Shown: positions 50,741 to 63,324 of the stretch, piece by piece
Layout: each line of letters opens with the position of its first letter
How positions within the stretch are numbered: the first letter of the stretch is position 1
Notes under the pieces: model-generated
Told to the model about the DNA's origin: nothing
The model's input: only the letters and a program-made list of their open reading frames with translations
The model's database searches: none
Source of the DNA: Eledone cirrhosa
Lineage: Eukaryota
Reading direction: 5' to 3'
Assembly (NCBI GenBank): GCA_964016885.1
Contig: OZ024743.1
Coordinates: 262,756,001-262,820,000 of the forward strand
Length of the DNA stretch: 64,000 nt
Translations under genes and position numbers: made by a program

Positions 50741-50776
50741 TCTTCTGATGGAGGACTAGCACCCGAAACGTTAAGA
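50741..50776 (+). ncRNA. Degenerate minimal hammerhead motif
   Basis: TCTT-CTGATGG-AGGACTAGCACCC-GAAA-CG-TT-AAGA (A9>G). Confidence 0.55.
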
Positions 50777-50859
50777 CCCTCTTCCTGCTATATCAAGCGT
50801 TAACCTAATATATCCCTTCCATATATTGTACCAATTGTGTTGTTATTTCTGTTTACCCT

Positions 50860-50898
<39 letters not shown>

Positions 50899-51005
50899 AT
50901 ATATATATATTATATATATATATATATATAAAATGAATACATATATATTATATATATATTATATATATATTTTTTATATATATATATTTTATATATATAT
51001 ATATA

Positions 51006-51826
51006 TCATCATCATCATTATCGTTTAATCTATCTTCTATGCTAGCATGGGTTAGACGGGAATTGACCCACTTGAGGCAAGATTGGTCGGGTGACCGTGT
51101 CTCAATCGTATAGGACTATCTGGCAGGTTTTCTATGGCTGGATGCCCTTCCTAACACCAACCACAATTACAGTGTGGACTGGGAGCTTTTTACTGTGTTA
51201 CCTACACGGCCACTTTATAGTGTGGACTGTGTGTTTTATTGTCGTGACACCTACACGACCTCATTAGTTTGGACTGGATGTTGTGGTACCAACATAACTT
51301 TACAGAGAAAGGGGTGGTGTTGGTGGGAGTGGGAGGATGGAGTAGGGGTAGTGGATTGGGGTGTATATTTGGTTAACAGGTGCCTACTGACAGTAGGTTT
51401 TGCTTTGTACATAGGCAAGGCGGCTCTTCTGTATTACTGCGTGGCGCCAAAGTTCTCCATCCAGTGACATTGTCTTAGAGAGGTGCAAGTGTGTAATGTC
51501 AGAATTTATCAAATCGTCCCAGGTTTTTCCGGGTGTATCTACTACGTAACTTCCATCAATTTTGATCACCCTCAACTTTTTTATACAGCTGTCGTCTCTC
51601 ATGCGCATCTCGTGACCATACCAACATAGTCTTCTCTCAAGTAAACAGCATCTGATCCCTCTTATTCCTAATTTCTTACTTTATGTTTTGCCGTTCGCGT
51701 ATATTACTATTACACATCCAACAGAGCATGCATGCTTCGTTCCTTTCCAGTCTGCGCAGATCCTCTGCACACAATACCCATGTCTCACTGCCATGTAACA
51801 TTGCTGTTCGTATACAGGCATCATAC
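51006..51826 (-). mobile_element. RTE LINE 3' fragment
   Basis: MRMRDDSCIKK...KTWDDLINSD...LWRHAV; 3' UTR and (CAT)n. Confidence 0.88.
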
Positions 51827-51883
51827 ATATATATATATATATATTTCATATATATATTTTATATACATACATATATATATATA

Positions 51884-52704
51884 TCATCATCATCATCATC
51901 ACCGTTTTACGTCCGTTCTTCCATGCTAGCATGGGTTAGACGTGTTGTCCTGTTGTGGGCAGTGTCTGGTCGGCTGACCATGCCTTGCTCATACAGGAAC
52001 TGATTTGGCTTGATTTCTACAGCTGGATGCCCTTCCTAACACCAACCTCATTTACAGTGAGTGCTGGGTGCTTTTTTGTGGCGCCTACACGTCCACTTTA
52101 CAGTGTGGGCTGGGTGCTTTTTTGCCGTGGCACCTCCACGACCACCTTGCAGTGAGGGGTGTGGGGGCATATTGTCTATATGCTTCAGCTTGTACCCATG
52201 GGAGGTCGGGTACTCTGTATTACTGCGTGACGCCAGAAGTCACGGTCGTGTGTCATTGTCTTTGAGAGGTGTAATTGGGTAAGGTCGGCTTTTATCACCT
52301 CATCCCAGGTCATCTTGGGTCTCTCCACTCCGCGATTTCCATCAACTTCTAGTGCTCTGCACCTTTTTATGCAGCTGTCATCCTTCATACGCATCACATG
52401 TCCATACCAGCGCAACCGCCTCTCCTGCACACAGCATTTGATTCCTCTTATGCTCAGTCTCTCTCTCAATTCATTTATGCTTTGTCGTTCACATATATTA
52501 CTGTTACACATCCATCGGAGCATGCAGGCTTCGTTTCTCTCTAATCTACGTAAGTCTTCCACCTTCAGCGCCCAGGTCTCACTACCATGCAACATCGCTG
52601 TTCGGATACACGCATCATACAGTCTGCCTTTCATTCTGAGGGAGAAGCCTTTTGCAGCTAGCAGTGGTAGTAGTTCCCTAAACTTCTTCCATCCTGTTCT
52701 TACC
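51884..52704 (-). mobile_element. RTE LINE 3' fragment (related subfamily)
   Basis: KGRLYDACIRTAMLHGSETW...RRLRWYGHVMRM...RPKMTW. Confidence 0.9.
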
Positions 52705-52725
52705 CTATATATTTTATATATATTT

Positions 52726-52795
<70 letters not shown>

Positions 52796-52822
52796 TGGTT
52801 ACACAACAGTTAGTTCACCATA

Positions 52823-52862
52823 CCGAGAACAATTGTTTCACCTTCGCGGATCTTCAGCTCGG
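52823..52862 (-). ncRNA. Minimal type I hammerhead ribozyme motif
   Basis: Minus strand CCGAG-CTGAAGA-TCCGCGAAGGT-GAAA-CAATTG-TT-CTCGG; perfect stem I, palindromic stem III. Confidence 0.75.
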
Positions 52863-52952
52863 GATATATGTTTAAATCTGGTGGTTTATCACTGAGTAGA
52901 ATTGGTCAGTCTGCAATGTTAACCATGACATAATATGAAGAAAGCACTCATC

Positions 52953-53004
<52 letters not shown>

Positions 53005-53235
53005 TTAGAAACACACAGATACATGCGGACACACACATATACATGAATGCATCCGCACCTAACCGTGAGTTAAGGGTGCCAACTTCACCGATGTTGCTCA
53101 ATGAATGACTGGAACAGACCAATCCGGTTGAACCAGACCGAACCAGTATCAGAGTTAAAAATACATTATGAAGAGAGAAGAAACATTTAGATATAATTAG
53201 TAATAAAATGTATCATACCTAAACTGCTCCTAGAT

Positions 53236-53325
53236 TCCTCGACTACGTAGTTTCGTGGCATAAACAAAAACAATACATCATAAAGATATAGAGTCCTTGC
53301 GAGGTCTGCCGACTTATCAAGAGGA
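53236..53325 (-). ncRNA. Type I hammerhead with U3-A8 core variant
   Basis: Minus strand TCCTC-TTGATAA-GTCGGCA...TGCCAC-GAAA-CTACGTAG-TC-GAGGA. Confidence 0.78.
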
Positions 53326-53442
53326 TACCTCATTTTACTAGTCTCAAGAACGCGTCTACACGACGTGAGAAAGAATCCCAAAAGGCGGAGGGGGAGATAG
53401 TCACGCGATATAACGGTCGAGAAACAGAGCTAAGCCTCTTTA

Positions 53443-53532
53443 TCCTCTTGATAAGTCGGCAGACCTCGCAAGGACTCTATATCTTTATGATGTATTGTTT
53501 TTGTTTATGCCACGAAACTACGTAGTCGATGA
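53443..53532 (+). ncRNA. Type I hammerhead with U3-A8 core variant (one stem I mismatch)
   Basis: TCCTC-TTGATAA-GTCGGCA...TGCCAC-GAAA-CTACGTAG-TC-GATGA. Confidence 0.72.
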
Positions 53533-53628
53533 ATCTAGGAGCAGTTTAGGTATGATACATTTTATTACTAATTATATCTAAATGTTTCTTCTCTCTTCAT
53601 AATGTATATATATATATATATATATATA

Positions 53629-55486
53629 CCATATTTTAGGGATGATAAGGCCCACCTGATTATTAGGCGCACTATCTCTGAATGGGTCTACTTTCACACA
53701 TAAGGCACACCAGATTATAAGGCGCATATAGCGAAACAAAACTTAGGTAGGTAGACTTTATTCAAGTCATTCACATTAATAACACTCACTATTGTTCACT
53801 TTAATAATACAGAAAATAGAGAAAATTGTTAAAGTCACTTTATTCCCGTTATTCTTCTTGATCCACAGACCCATCAAAGTCTTCATCCTCTGTATCTGAG
53901 TTTAACAGTTGCGCGATTTCGGCATCAAGCATGCCCAGACCCCTCTTGTCATCATCCGAGTCAGTATCGTCACTGTTATCTGACTGTTCAGTGATGATTC
54001 CGGCCTTCACGAAAGCTCAGATGACAGTTGAGACTGATACCTTGGCCCAGGCATCGATGATCCATTGGCAGACAGTGGCGTAACTAGCCCGGCGTTGCCT
54101 CCTTGTCTTGGTAAATGTGTGCTCCCCTGTCATCCACTGCTGCCACGTGGCTCGCAATTTAACCTTAAACGACTTGTTAACACTAATATCTAGCAGTTGC
54201 AGTTCTTTGGTCAATCCTCCCGGAATGATGGCAAGATCCAAGTTAATTTGCTTCACTTGCTTTTTGAGGGTATTAGTGAGATGGACGCACATTGAGTCAT
54301 AGATCAATAGGGGCGGAGACGTGTGGAAAAAAACCACCCGGTCTCTTGACGTAGACTTCTCCCAGCCACACACTCATCTTCTCCTCGTCCATTCAGCCTT
54401 CTGGGTTGACCTTGACGATGACTCCAGCCAGAAACTTTTCCTTTGGCAGTGTTTTCCTCTTGAATATGACCATGGGTGGTAGCTTCGTGCGCCTGGCAAC
54501 CGAGGACTACTGTGAAAGATGACTTCTCATTTCCTGTGGTGCATATAGATACCATATGGATCCCTGTTTTCTTGACAGTACAGCTCACGGGGACGTCCAT
54601 GTTGGAGATGTGGGCTGACTCGCTTTGTTCCCTTGGAAACTCTGTTTGGTCTTCTTAACTTGGTGCAGTTCATCTTCTTGCTTCCTCCACTTCTGAACCA
54701 TTGACTCGATGATGCTGAACTCTTTTGTAGCTGCTCTATTCCCATGTTCTCTTGCGTAACTGATGGCCTTGAGTTTGAAATCCGCTTGGTGAGCATGTCT
54801 CTTTACAGGTGCCATTTTTAGGCTTACTAATAATATGTTGAAGTACAGTGCGTGTCATAAAAAGTGGCAGAGATGAGCGCAAAAGCCTCGTCTTGGTAGC
54901 TAGATGCTAGATAGCTACTCTTCTCTGATTGGCTCAACGCCGCCCAAAGAAAATGGAAGGAGAAAGCTAGGCTGCCTAGTGAGTAAACAATGACTCACCC
55001 CTCACGGAATGGGTAGATCATGACCTAGACACTGTCTAATAGACAGACAAACATTTTCAAAATGTTTGAAAATGTTTGAATTTAAAGGGAGACTGCGGAT
55101 GAAATTTGAAGCATTTTTCATTATGAAGGTGCCGACCACAGTGTTAACTTCCGAAACATTGAAGTCAAAATGCCAGTGTAAATTGTAATTATAAGGCACA
55201 CTGCACGGGTTCAGATCGTTGCTCACACTAGTGCTGTTGGGAATTTTCCATTAGCACATGCGCATAAAAGCAGACCCGCTGTAACTTGATTGGCTACTAG
55301 ATGGATCATAAGCATAGAAATTGCTTCTGCTTTCAGTCATGAATTAAATTTAGCTCACTAAATGATGTCAAGGTCATAAATCACAACCAGAATTCATACA
55401 TAAGGCACACTGGATTATAAGACGCGCTGTGGATTTATGAGCAAATTTAATTATTTTGAGTGCGTCTTATAATTCAGAAAATATGG
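53629..55486 (-). mobile_element. pogo-family DNA transposon (POGK/Passer-like), defective
   Basis: TA|CCATATTTT ... AAAATATGG|TA with subterminal TATAAGGCGCA repeats. Transposase MAPVKRH..FKLKAISYAREHGNRAA (Brinker-like DBD), TGNEKSSFTVVL, LLIYDSM, IIPGGLTKELQLLDISVNKSFK. CENP-B HTH apparently deleted. Confidence 0.9.
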
Positions 55487-55498
55487 TATATATATATA

Positions 55499-56143
55499 TC
55501 ATCATCATCATCATCATCATCGTTTAACGTCCATCTTCCACGCTTGCATGGGTTTGGACGGGAGTTTTCCCACTTGAGGCAAGAGTGGTTGTCTTGCTCG
55601 CATAAGACTGTCTGGCAGGTTTTCTACGGCTGGATGCCCTTCCTAACACCAACCACATTTACAGTGTGGACTGGGAGGTTTTTACCGTGTTACCTACACG
55701 GCCACATTACAGCGTGGACTGTGTGTTTTTTGTCGTGACACCTACACGACCCCATTTGTTTCGGACTGGATGTTGTGGTACCAACATAACTTTACATTGA
55801 AAGGGGTGGTGTGGATGGGGTGGGGGTAGTGGGACGGGGGTGTTTTTTGTTAGAGGTGCCTACTGACTGTTGTAGGTTTCGCTTTGTACTTAGGCAAGGC
55901 AGGTCTTCTGTATTACTGTGTAGCACCAAAGGTCTCGGTCCAGTGACATTGTCTTGGAGAGGTGTAAGTGTGTGAGGTCGGAATTTATCAGGTCGTCCCA
56001 GGTTTTTCTGGGTCTGTCTACTCCGTGGCTACCGTCTATTTTTATTGCCCTGCACTTTTTTATACAGCTGTCGTCTTTCATGCGCATCACGTGACCATAC
56101 CAACGTAGTCTTCTCTCGAGTAAACAACATCTGATCCCTCTTA

Positions 56144-56150
<7 letters not shown>
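55499..56150 (-). mobile_element. RTE LINE 3' fragment
   Basis: RMKDDSCIKKCR..RPRKTWDDLI; 3' UTR; (CAT)n. Confidence 0.88.
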
Positions 56151-56197
<47 letters not shown>

Positions 56198-56264
56198 ATA
56201 TATATATACATGTGTATATATATTACATATATATATATATATATTGAACGAGATGAGACACGGT

Positions 56265-56357
56265 CTCCCGACCAATCCCACATCAAATTAAACAAAACCG
56301 TCTAACCCATGCTAGCATGGAATATGGATGTTAAACGATGATGGTGATGATGATGAT
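56265..56357 (+). mobile_element. Short RTE 3' end in opposite orientation
   Basis: CCGTCTAACCCATGCTAGCATGG...GTTAAACGATGATG. Confidence 0.7.
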
Positions 56358-56359
56358 AT

Positions 56360-56391
<32 letters not shown>

Positions 56392-56393
<2 letters not shown>

Positions 56394-57390
56394 TAATGAC
56401 ATTACTGACATCATCAAGCACAGCAACATAAGAATCTTTGCAGATGATTCCAAGCTGCAGAAGGACATCAATGAAGTGGGTGACCGGACATGCCTTCAGA
56501 CCTACTGGCTGTTATCCAATGGGCAAAAAAGAACAATATGCTGCTGAACGAGGATAAATTTGAGTTAATCCACTTTGGAAAAGAGGATGCCTTAAAACTC
56601 CCATACTCCCTTCGTTCAGGTGAAACTCTCATGGCATCCAACAATATCAGAGACTTGGAAGTAATTGTGGACAACAACATAAGCTGGGCCACTCATATAA
56701 ACAGCAAAGTTGACATGGCCCGCAGAATGTGTTCCTTGATTCTCAGAACCTTCCAGTCGAGTAATATACACACTGTTATCCTTCTCTTCTCCACTTTTGC
56801 CTGACCCCATCTTGAATACTGTTGTCCACTGTGGTCTCTCCACACGAAACAAAGTATCACGAAAGTTGAAGCACCTCAAAGGTCAATTGCAAAAAAGATA
56901 GATGGCATGACAGGCCTTGACTACTGGGGTCAACTAGAAAAACTCAACCTTTATTCTCGCCAACATCGCCGTAAGCGCTACATTATCGGAATAATGAGGA
57001 AAATATTCTATCAGCATTGCTCAAATGATGTTGGCATCACCTTTAAGGTACACCTAAGGCTTGGGCGCTGTGCTATCCACCCACAATAAAAATCACACTC
57101 GCATCTCATAACAACAATGAGGCACAATTATTTCACCTCAATTGGCCCCACTCTCTTTAACATTACATCAAAACACATTAAAACAGAAAAAGACCCCATA
57201 AAGTTCAAGAAGTTTTTGAACAAATTCCTTCAAGAAATCCCGGATGTATCTCTGCAAACAATAACTCTCTACTTGAGTAGGCCATGGTGTCCAAATCCTG
57301 ATTTGAAAACTTCATCAGGTGGTGCTATTAAGTTAGACATAGCCTGGGCCAATACTGGCTGAAACCTATCAAAAATATCAAAGTTAAGTT
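56392..57390 (+). mobile_element. CR1-group LINE 3' fragment (second family)
   Basis: INDI..IRIFADDSKL, LNEDKFELIHFGK, PHLEYCCPLWS. Confidence 0.87.
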
Positions 57391-57559
57391 ATATATATAT
57401 ATATATCATCATCATCATCATATGTCAGTGTAGGGGACGAAGGGTTTTGCCTGTGAGCTTTTCTTTAACAGGACTAACAGGTTTTACCATTTTTTTTAAA
57501 CATGGTAGGGTGTGGTCTGAACTGTGTCACTATCTAGGCAACAACAACTCACTTTGTTT

Positions 57560-59189
57560 GTCTAATCAACATCTATAAATGGTATCTAGTTAGTCAACAG
57601 CCATAAACTATGTCTACATAATCAATATCTATAAAAGTGTCTGCCTAATCAACATCTATATTGTGTATCTTATAAAAACTTATAGACTGTATCTATCTAG
57701 GTAACATCTATAAACTATGTTTACCTAGTCAATACCTACATTCTATGCCTGCTTAGTAAAATTCTATAAACTATATCTATTTATTCAATATATATGAAAT
57801 ATGTTTACCTACTCAACATCTCTACACTGTATATCTACACATCTCTACACTGTGTATACACATCTCTAGAGTGTATCAATCTAATCAACATCTATACACT
57901 GTATATATCTATAGTCAACATCTATACACTATATATATATAGTCAACATCTATACACTGTATATATCTATAGTCAACATCTATACACTGTATATATCTAT
58001 AGTCAACATCTATACACTGTATATATCTATAGTCAACATCTATACACTGTATATATCTATAGTCAACATCTATACAATGTATATATCTATAGTCAACATC
58101 TATACTCTGTATATATATATAGTCAACATCTATACACTGTATATATATATAGTCAACATCTATACACTGTATATATCTAGCCAACATCTATACACTGTAT
58201 ATATATAGTCGACATCAATACAATGTATATATATATAGTCAACATCTATACACTGTATATATATATAGTCAACATCTATACACTGTATATATATATATAG
58301 TCAACATCTATACACTGTATATATATATATAGTCAACATCTATACACTGTATATATATAGTCAACATCTATACACTGTATATATATATAGTCAACATCTA
58401 TACACTGTATATATCTATAGTCAAAGTCAACATCTATACAATGTATATATATATAGTCAACATCTATACACTGTATATATATATAGTCAACATCTATACA
58501 CTGTATATATCTATAGTCAACATCTATACACTGTATATATCTATAGTCAACATCTATACACTGTATATATCTATAGTCAACATCTATACACTGTATATAT
58601 ATATAGTCAACATCTATACACTGTATATATATATAGTCAACATCTATACACTGTATATATCTATAGTCAACATCTATACACTGTATATATATATAGTCAA
58701 CATCTATACACTGTATATATATATAGTCAACATCTATACACTGTATATATCTATAGTCAACATCTATACACTGTATATATATATAGTCAACATCTATACA
58801 CTATATATATATAGTCAACATCTATACACTGTATATATATATAGTCAACATCTATACACTGTATATATATATAGTCAACATCTATACACTGTATATATAT
58901 ATAGTCAACATCTATACACTGTATATATATATAGTCAACATCTATACACTGTATATATCTATAGTCAACATCTATACACTGTATATATATATAGTCAACA
59001 TCTATACACTATATATATATAGTCAACATCTATACACTGTATATATATATAGTCAACATCTATACACTGTATATATATATAATCAACATCTATACACTGT
59101 ATATATATATATAGTCAACATCTATACACTGTATATATCTATAGTCAACATCTATACACTGTATATATATAGTCGACATCAATACACTG

Positions 59190-59195
<6 letters not shown>
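57560..59195. repeat. 30-bp minisatellite AGTCAACATCTATACACTGTATATATMTAT (resumes at 62839-62985)
   Basis: Direct inspection; degenerate at its left edge. Confidence 0.93.
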
Positions 59196-59220
<25 letters not shown>

Positions 59221-59300
59221 TAAAATAACAGATTAAAGTTTAAGCAAAGAATCACTGCTTTCACCCTTAACGGGATCTTCTGAAACTAACCTAATCTACA

Positions 59301-62300
59301 CATCATCATCATCGTTTAACGTCTATCTTCCACGCTAGCATGGGTTTAGACGGGAATTGTCCCACAAGATTGGTTGTCTCGCTCGTATAGGACTGTCTGG
59401 CTGGGAGGTTTTTACTGCGTTACCTACACGGCCACATTACAGAGTGGACTGTGTGTTTTTTGTCGTGACACCTACACAACCTCATTTATTTAGGACTGGA
59501 TGTTGTGGTACCAACATAACTTTACAGAGAAAGGGGTGGTGTTGATGGGGATGGGGGCGGGGGAGTTGGGGTAGTGGTAGGGGGCTGTATATTTGATTAA
59601 GAGGTGCCTACTGACTGTAGGTTTCGCTTTGTACTTAGGCTAGGCGAGTTTTCTGTATTACTGCGTAGCGCCAAAGATCTCGGTCCAGTGAGATTGTCTT
59701 GGAGAGGTGTAAGTGTGTAAGGTCGGAATTTATCAAATCGTCCCAGGTTTTTCTGGGTCTGCCTACTCCGTAGCTTCCATCAATTTTGATCGCCCTGCAC
59801 TTTTTTATACAGCTGTCGTCTTTCATGCAGATCACATGACGTAATCTTCTCTCGAGTAAACAGCATCTGATCCCTCTTATACCTAATTTCTCACTTAGTT
59901 CCTTTATGCTTTGCCATTCATGTATATTACTATTACACACCCAGTGGAGCATGCATGCTTCGTTCCTCTCCAGTCTGCGCAGATCCTCTGCACACAATGC
60001 CCATGTCTCACTGCCATGTAACATAGCTGTTCGTATGCAGGCATCATACAGTCTGCCTTTCATTTTTGGAGAGAAACCTTTAGCGGCCAATAGTGGTATA
60101 AGTTCTCTGAACTTTTTCCATCCCGTTCTGACTCAGACTACTGTACTTTCGGAGCACCATCCACCACTGCTGATTTTGTCACCCAGGTAACGGAAGGTGT
60201 CCACTATTTCTATAGAGCCATCTGGGCAATAGAAGGAGCTAGTATCCTGTGGGCGCTTGCTACTTATTGCACCTGAGCACTGGCCACATATAAAATTTAC
60301 GTTCTTAGATAGTTTACCTGTGGTCCCACTACATCTTTTATGCACCTATACTTTGCATTTGGGACATAAAATTGAATTTCTGCCTACTCCTTTCCTACAC
60401 ACTGAGCATGGCCATTTCCCAGAGGGGACCTGTGCCCTATTTTCCTTCCTACATACTAGAACTTTAGTCTTAGACAAGTTCATTTTAAGGCCTTTTGATT
60501 CTAGGCCATACTTCCATGTTTAGAATTTCTTCTCTAGTTCATCCATCGATTCAGCTATGAGTGTTAGACCATCTGCATAGTAAAGTTCCCATAGGCAGCC
60601 GGTCTTGAACTCCTCTGTTATAGCCTGAAAGGCAATAATAAATAGGAGGGGGCTAAGGACAGAGCCCTGATGAACACCAACTTTTACGCTAAATTCTTCA
60701 CTATATTCATTGTTAATTCTAACCTTGCTGACTGTTTCTTTATACATGGCTTGTATAGCTCTCACAAGCCATTCTTCAACCCCTAGTTTTAATAATAATA
60801 ATGAATAATAATAATGAAATTATTGTGTACAGTGCTCAGGTGCACTACAACTCATCAAAGGTGCATGTATAGTACATAGAATAATAAAGTGTCAGGATAA
60901 TGAACAGTGTATGAGTCATGATATAATAACAATAACAATAATGAAATATTGTGTACAGTGCCCAGGTGCACCACAACTCATCAAAAAAGTGCATGTACAG
61001 TACATAGGGCAATGCACAAACATCAGTAAAATGAACAGTGCACGAGTCATGATACACACATGTGTGCATGTGTATGGAAGGGGTACATCAGGTGTAGTTT
61101 TGGCGTATTTCGGGAAGCATGAGTGTCTTAAAGGATGCAGTGTCTCGGCAGCTAACAATTGACGCAGGCAGTTTGTTCCATGCTTCAGCAACTCTGAGCG
61201 TGAAAAAATGTCTACGAAAGTCACGGGAGCTGTGCTGTTTTCTGATCTTGAAGGCATGTCCACGTGTGTTAGACACATGGAGATCAAAGAGGCGCTCAGG
61301 GTTGCAATTGGCGAGATGGTTAAAAACTTTGTGGGTATTCACCAAGTCCATTGCCAGACGTCGGAGCTTCAATGAATCCATGCCCAGGGAAGCAAGGCGT
61401 TCAGAGTATTGTAGGTGTCTGATGGAGGGTATGCGCTTGGTTGCACGTCTCTGAACAGTTTCCAGGAGGTCAATGTTCTGAGCAAGATAGGGGTTCCAGA
61501 CTGATGATGCGAATTCCAAGTGTGGTCGCACCATAGCTGTATACAGTTTTAAATAGATGGCTGGAGAGCGGCTAACAAAGGTCTTGCTGAGTGATGCCAA
61601 GACACCCTCGGCCTTCTTGACAATCTTAGAGACATGCTTTGTCCAACGCAAATCGTTGCTGACAGTAATGCCCAGGTCACGTTCACAAGAGGACTTTTTG
61701 ATATCAGTGTTGTGGAGGGAGTATGTGGACACTGGATTTTTCCTTCCAAAATGCATGGTGGTACTAAGGGCCCACCAGATAATGGTGTGGAGGACTCTGT
61801 TAAATGCTTTCTCCAAGTCAACAAAAGCTAAGTATAGGGGTTTACTTTTAGCTAGGTACTTCTCCTGTAGTTGTCGTACAAGGAAAAGGGTGCCTGTGGT
61901 ACTTTTACCTGACACAAACCCAAACTGCATTTCGTCTAGATCAATTTGCTCTCTGATAGTTGAGCTATAACTTTTTCTGTGTCCTTCATGACCTGGTCAA
62001 TTAATTTAATGCCTCTATAGTTTCCTCTATCTAGTGCATCTCCTTTACCCTTGTTGCAGTTAATGATGCTGCTTCTACGTCAGTCATTTGGTATGACCCC
62101 GTCCTGTATGACATGGTTTACTATCCGGGTGACCATGGTGTGTCCCACCGTTCCAGATGCTTTCAGCATTTCAGCAACTATCTCCAAAGGCCCAGCTGCC
62201 TTGCCTGTCTTCATATCTTTGATTGCCTTACTTATCATACTACCTTCAACTTGAACTGCTGGTCCCTCTATTGGATCGATGTGGGGCAGACTATCTTTGT

Positions 62301-62838
62301 CCCGTTTATTCTCCTCATTTAGTAGCCTCTCATAGTGACACTTCCGAGCTACCTTCTTATCAGCGTCAGTGATGGCAAGTACACCATCACCATTATGGAC
62401 ACACTTCTCCCTGACAATATCACGGTTTTCCTTGACACATTGCCTAGCAATCCTGAACACCTCACATTTTTGGTCCTCGTGTTGTAGAACATGCTTGAAC
62501 TTTCTTTCCTCTGCTTCCCTTCTTGCAAAGTACACTTGTATCCTAGCTTCCCTCCTGGCCACTTGATAGTTTTCTCTACTTCCCCCATCACGCCATACTT
62601 TCGAAGCCTGCTTTTTTGCCTTGATTGACTCATCCACCTTACTGTTCCACCACCAAGTTACTCTCCTCCTGCCTATAGGTCTGCTCCAGCCACAGATTTC
62701 ATCTGTTGCCTTCAGCAGGTTAACTTTCAGGAATTCCCACTGTTCCTCTATATTGTACGACTCTAATTGCTCTTCCTTACTGTTGAAAGCATCAAGTAAT
62801 ATGCTTTTAAATTTGTTACTGGCTGTGGGGTCCTTTAA
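59301..62838 (-). mobile_element. 5'-truncated RTE-clade LINE interrupted by a CR1-group insertion
   Basis: TWWWN, KTGKAAGP, QFGFVSGKST, AFVDLEKAF, GVHQGSVLSPLLF, YADG, PHD-like Cys cluster, GRPRKTW; (GAT)n tail. Confidence 0.93.
60791..61764 (-). mobile_element. CR1-group LINE 3' fragment (same family as 30914-32648) with duplicated 3' tail
   Basis: TTMHFGRKNP...VRPHLEFASSVWNP...FFTLRVAEAWNKLP; splits RTE codons WAL|RKLGVEEW. Confidence 0.92.
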
Positions 62839-63324
62839 CACACTGTATATATATATATCTAGTCAACATCTATACACTCTATATATCTAGCCAAAATCTA
62901 TACACTGTATGTATCTAGTCAACATCTATACACCGTACAGATATCTACTCTACATCTATATACTGTATATATATGTAGTCAACATGCACGCACACACACA
63001 CATACAAAGAGGCATTCATTTATCAAGATCTCAAGATTTGATCTTTTCTCCTTAAAAAACAAACAAGAAAAAACACAAGAAACTTTTTCCATTAAAATTA
63101 AAATAAAATAATGATAATTATGTATAGAAAAATATGTAATGAGGGATTTTTCTTTTTATGATTTAGTTTCAATGTTTCCTATTGAATAACATTTTATTCT
63201 ATGGAACCAGTCTAGCAATAGAAATTATCTTTGCATGCTTTGAAGTCAGTTTTGATATCAACTTAGAATAGAAATAATCGAAATGGCGGGGTGCTAATTA
63301 CTCAAAGATTAAATCTAATGGATT

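Larger units (their letters stand above)
53161..53607. mobile_element. Fold-back element with 167-bp near-perfect arms (53161-53327/53441-53607), each carrying a variant hammerhead
   Basis: Arms are reverse complements with one mismatch seen; ends in (TA)n. Confidence 0.88.

Noticed and set aside
57794-59022. YSQHLYTVYI repeat protein
   Set aside because: Translation of a 30-bp minisatellite.
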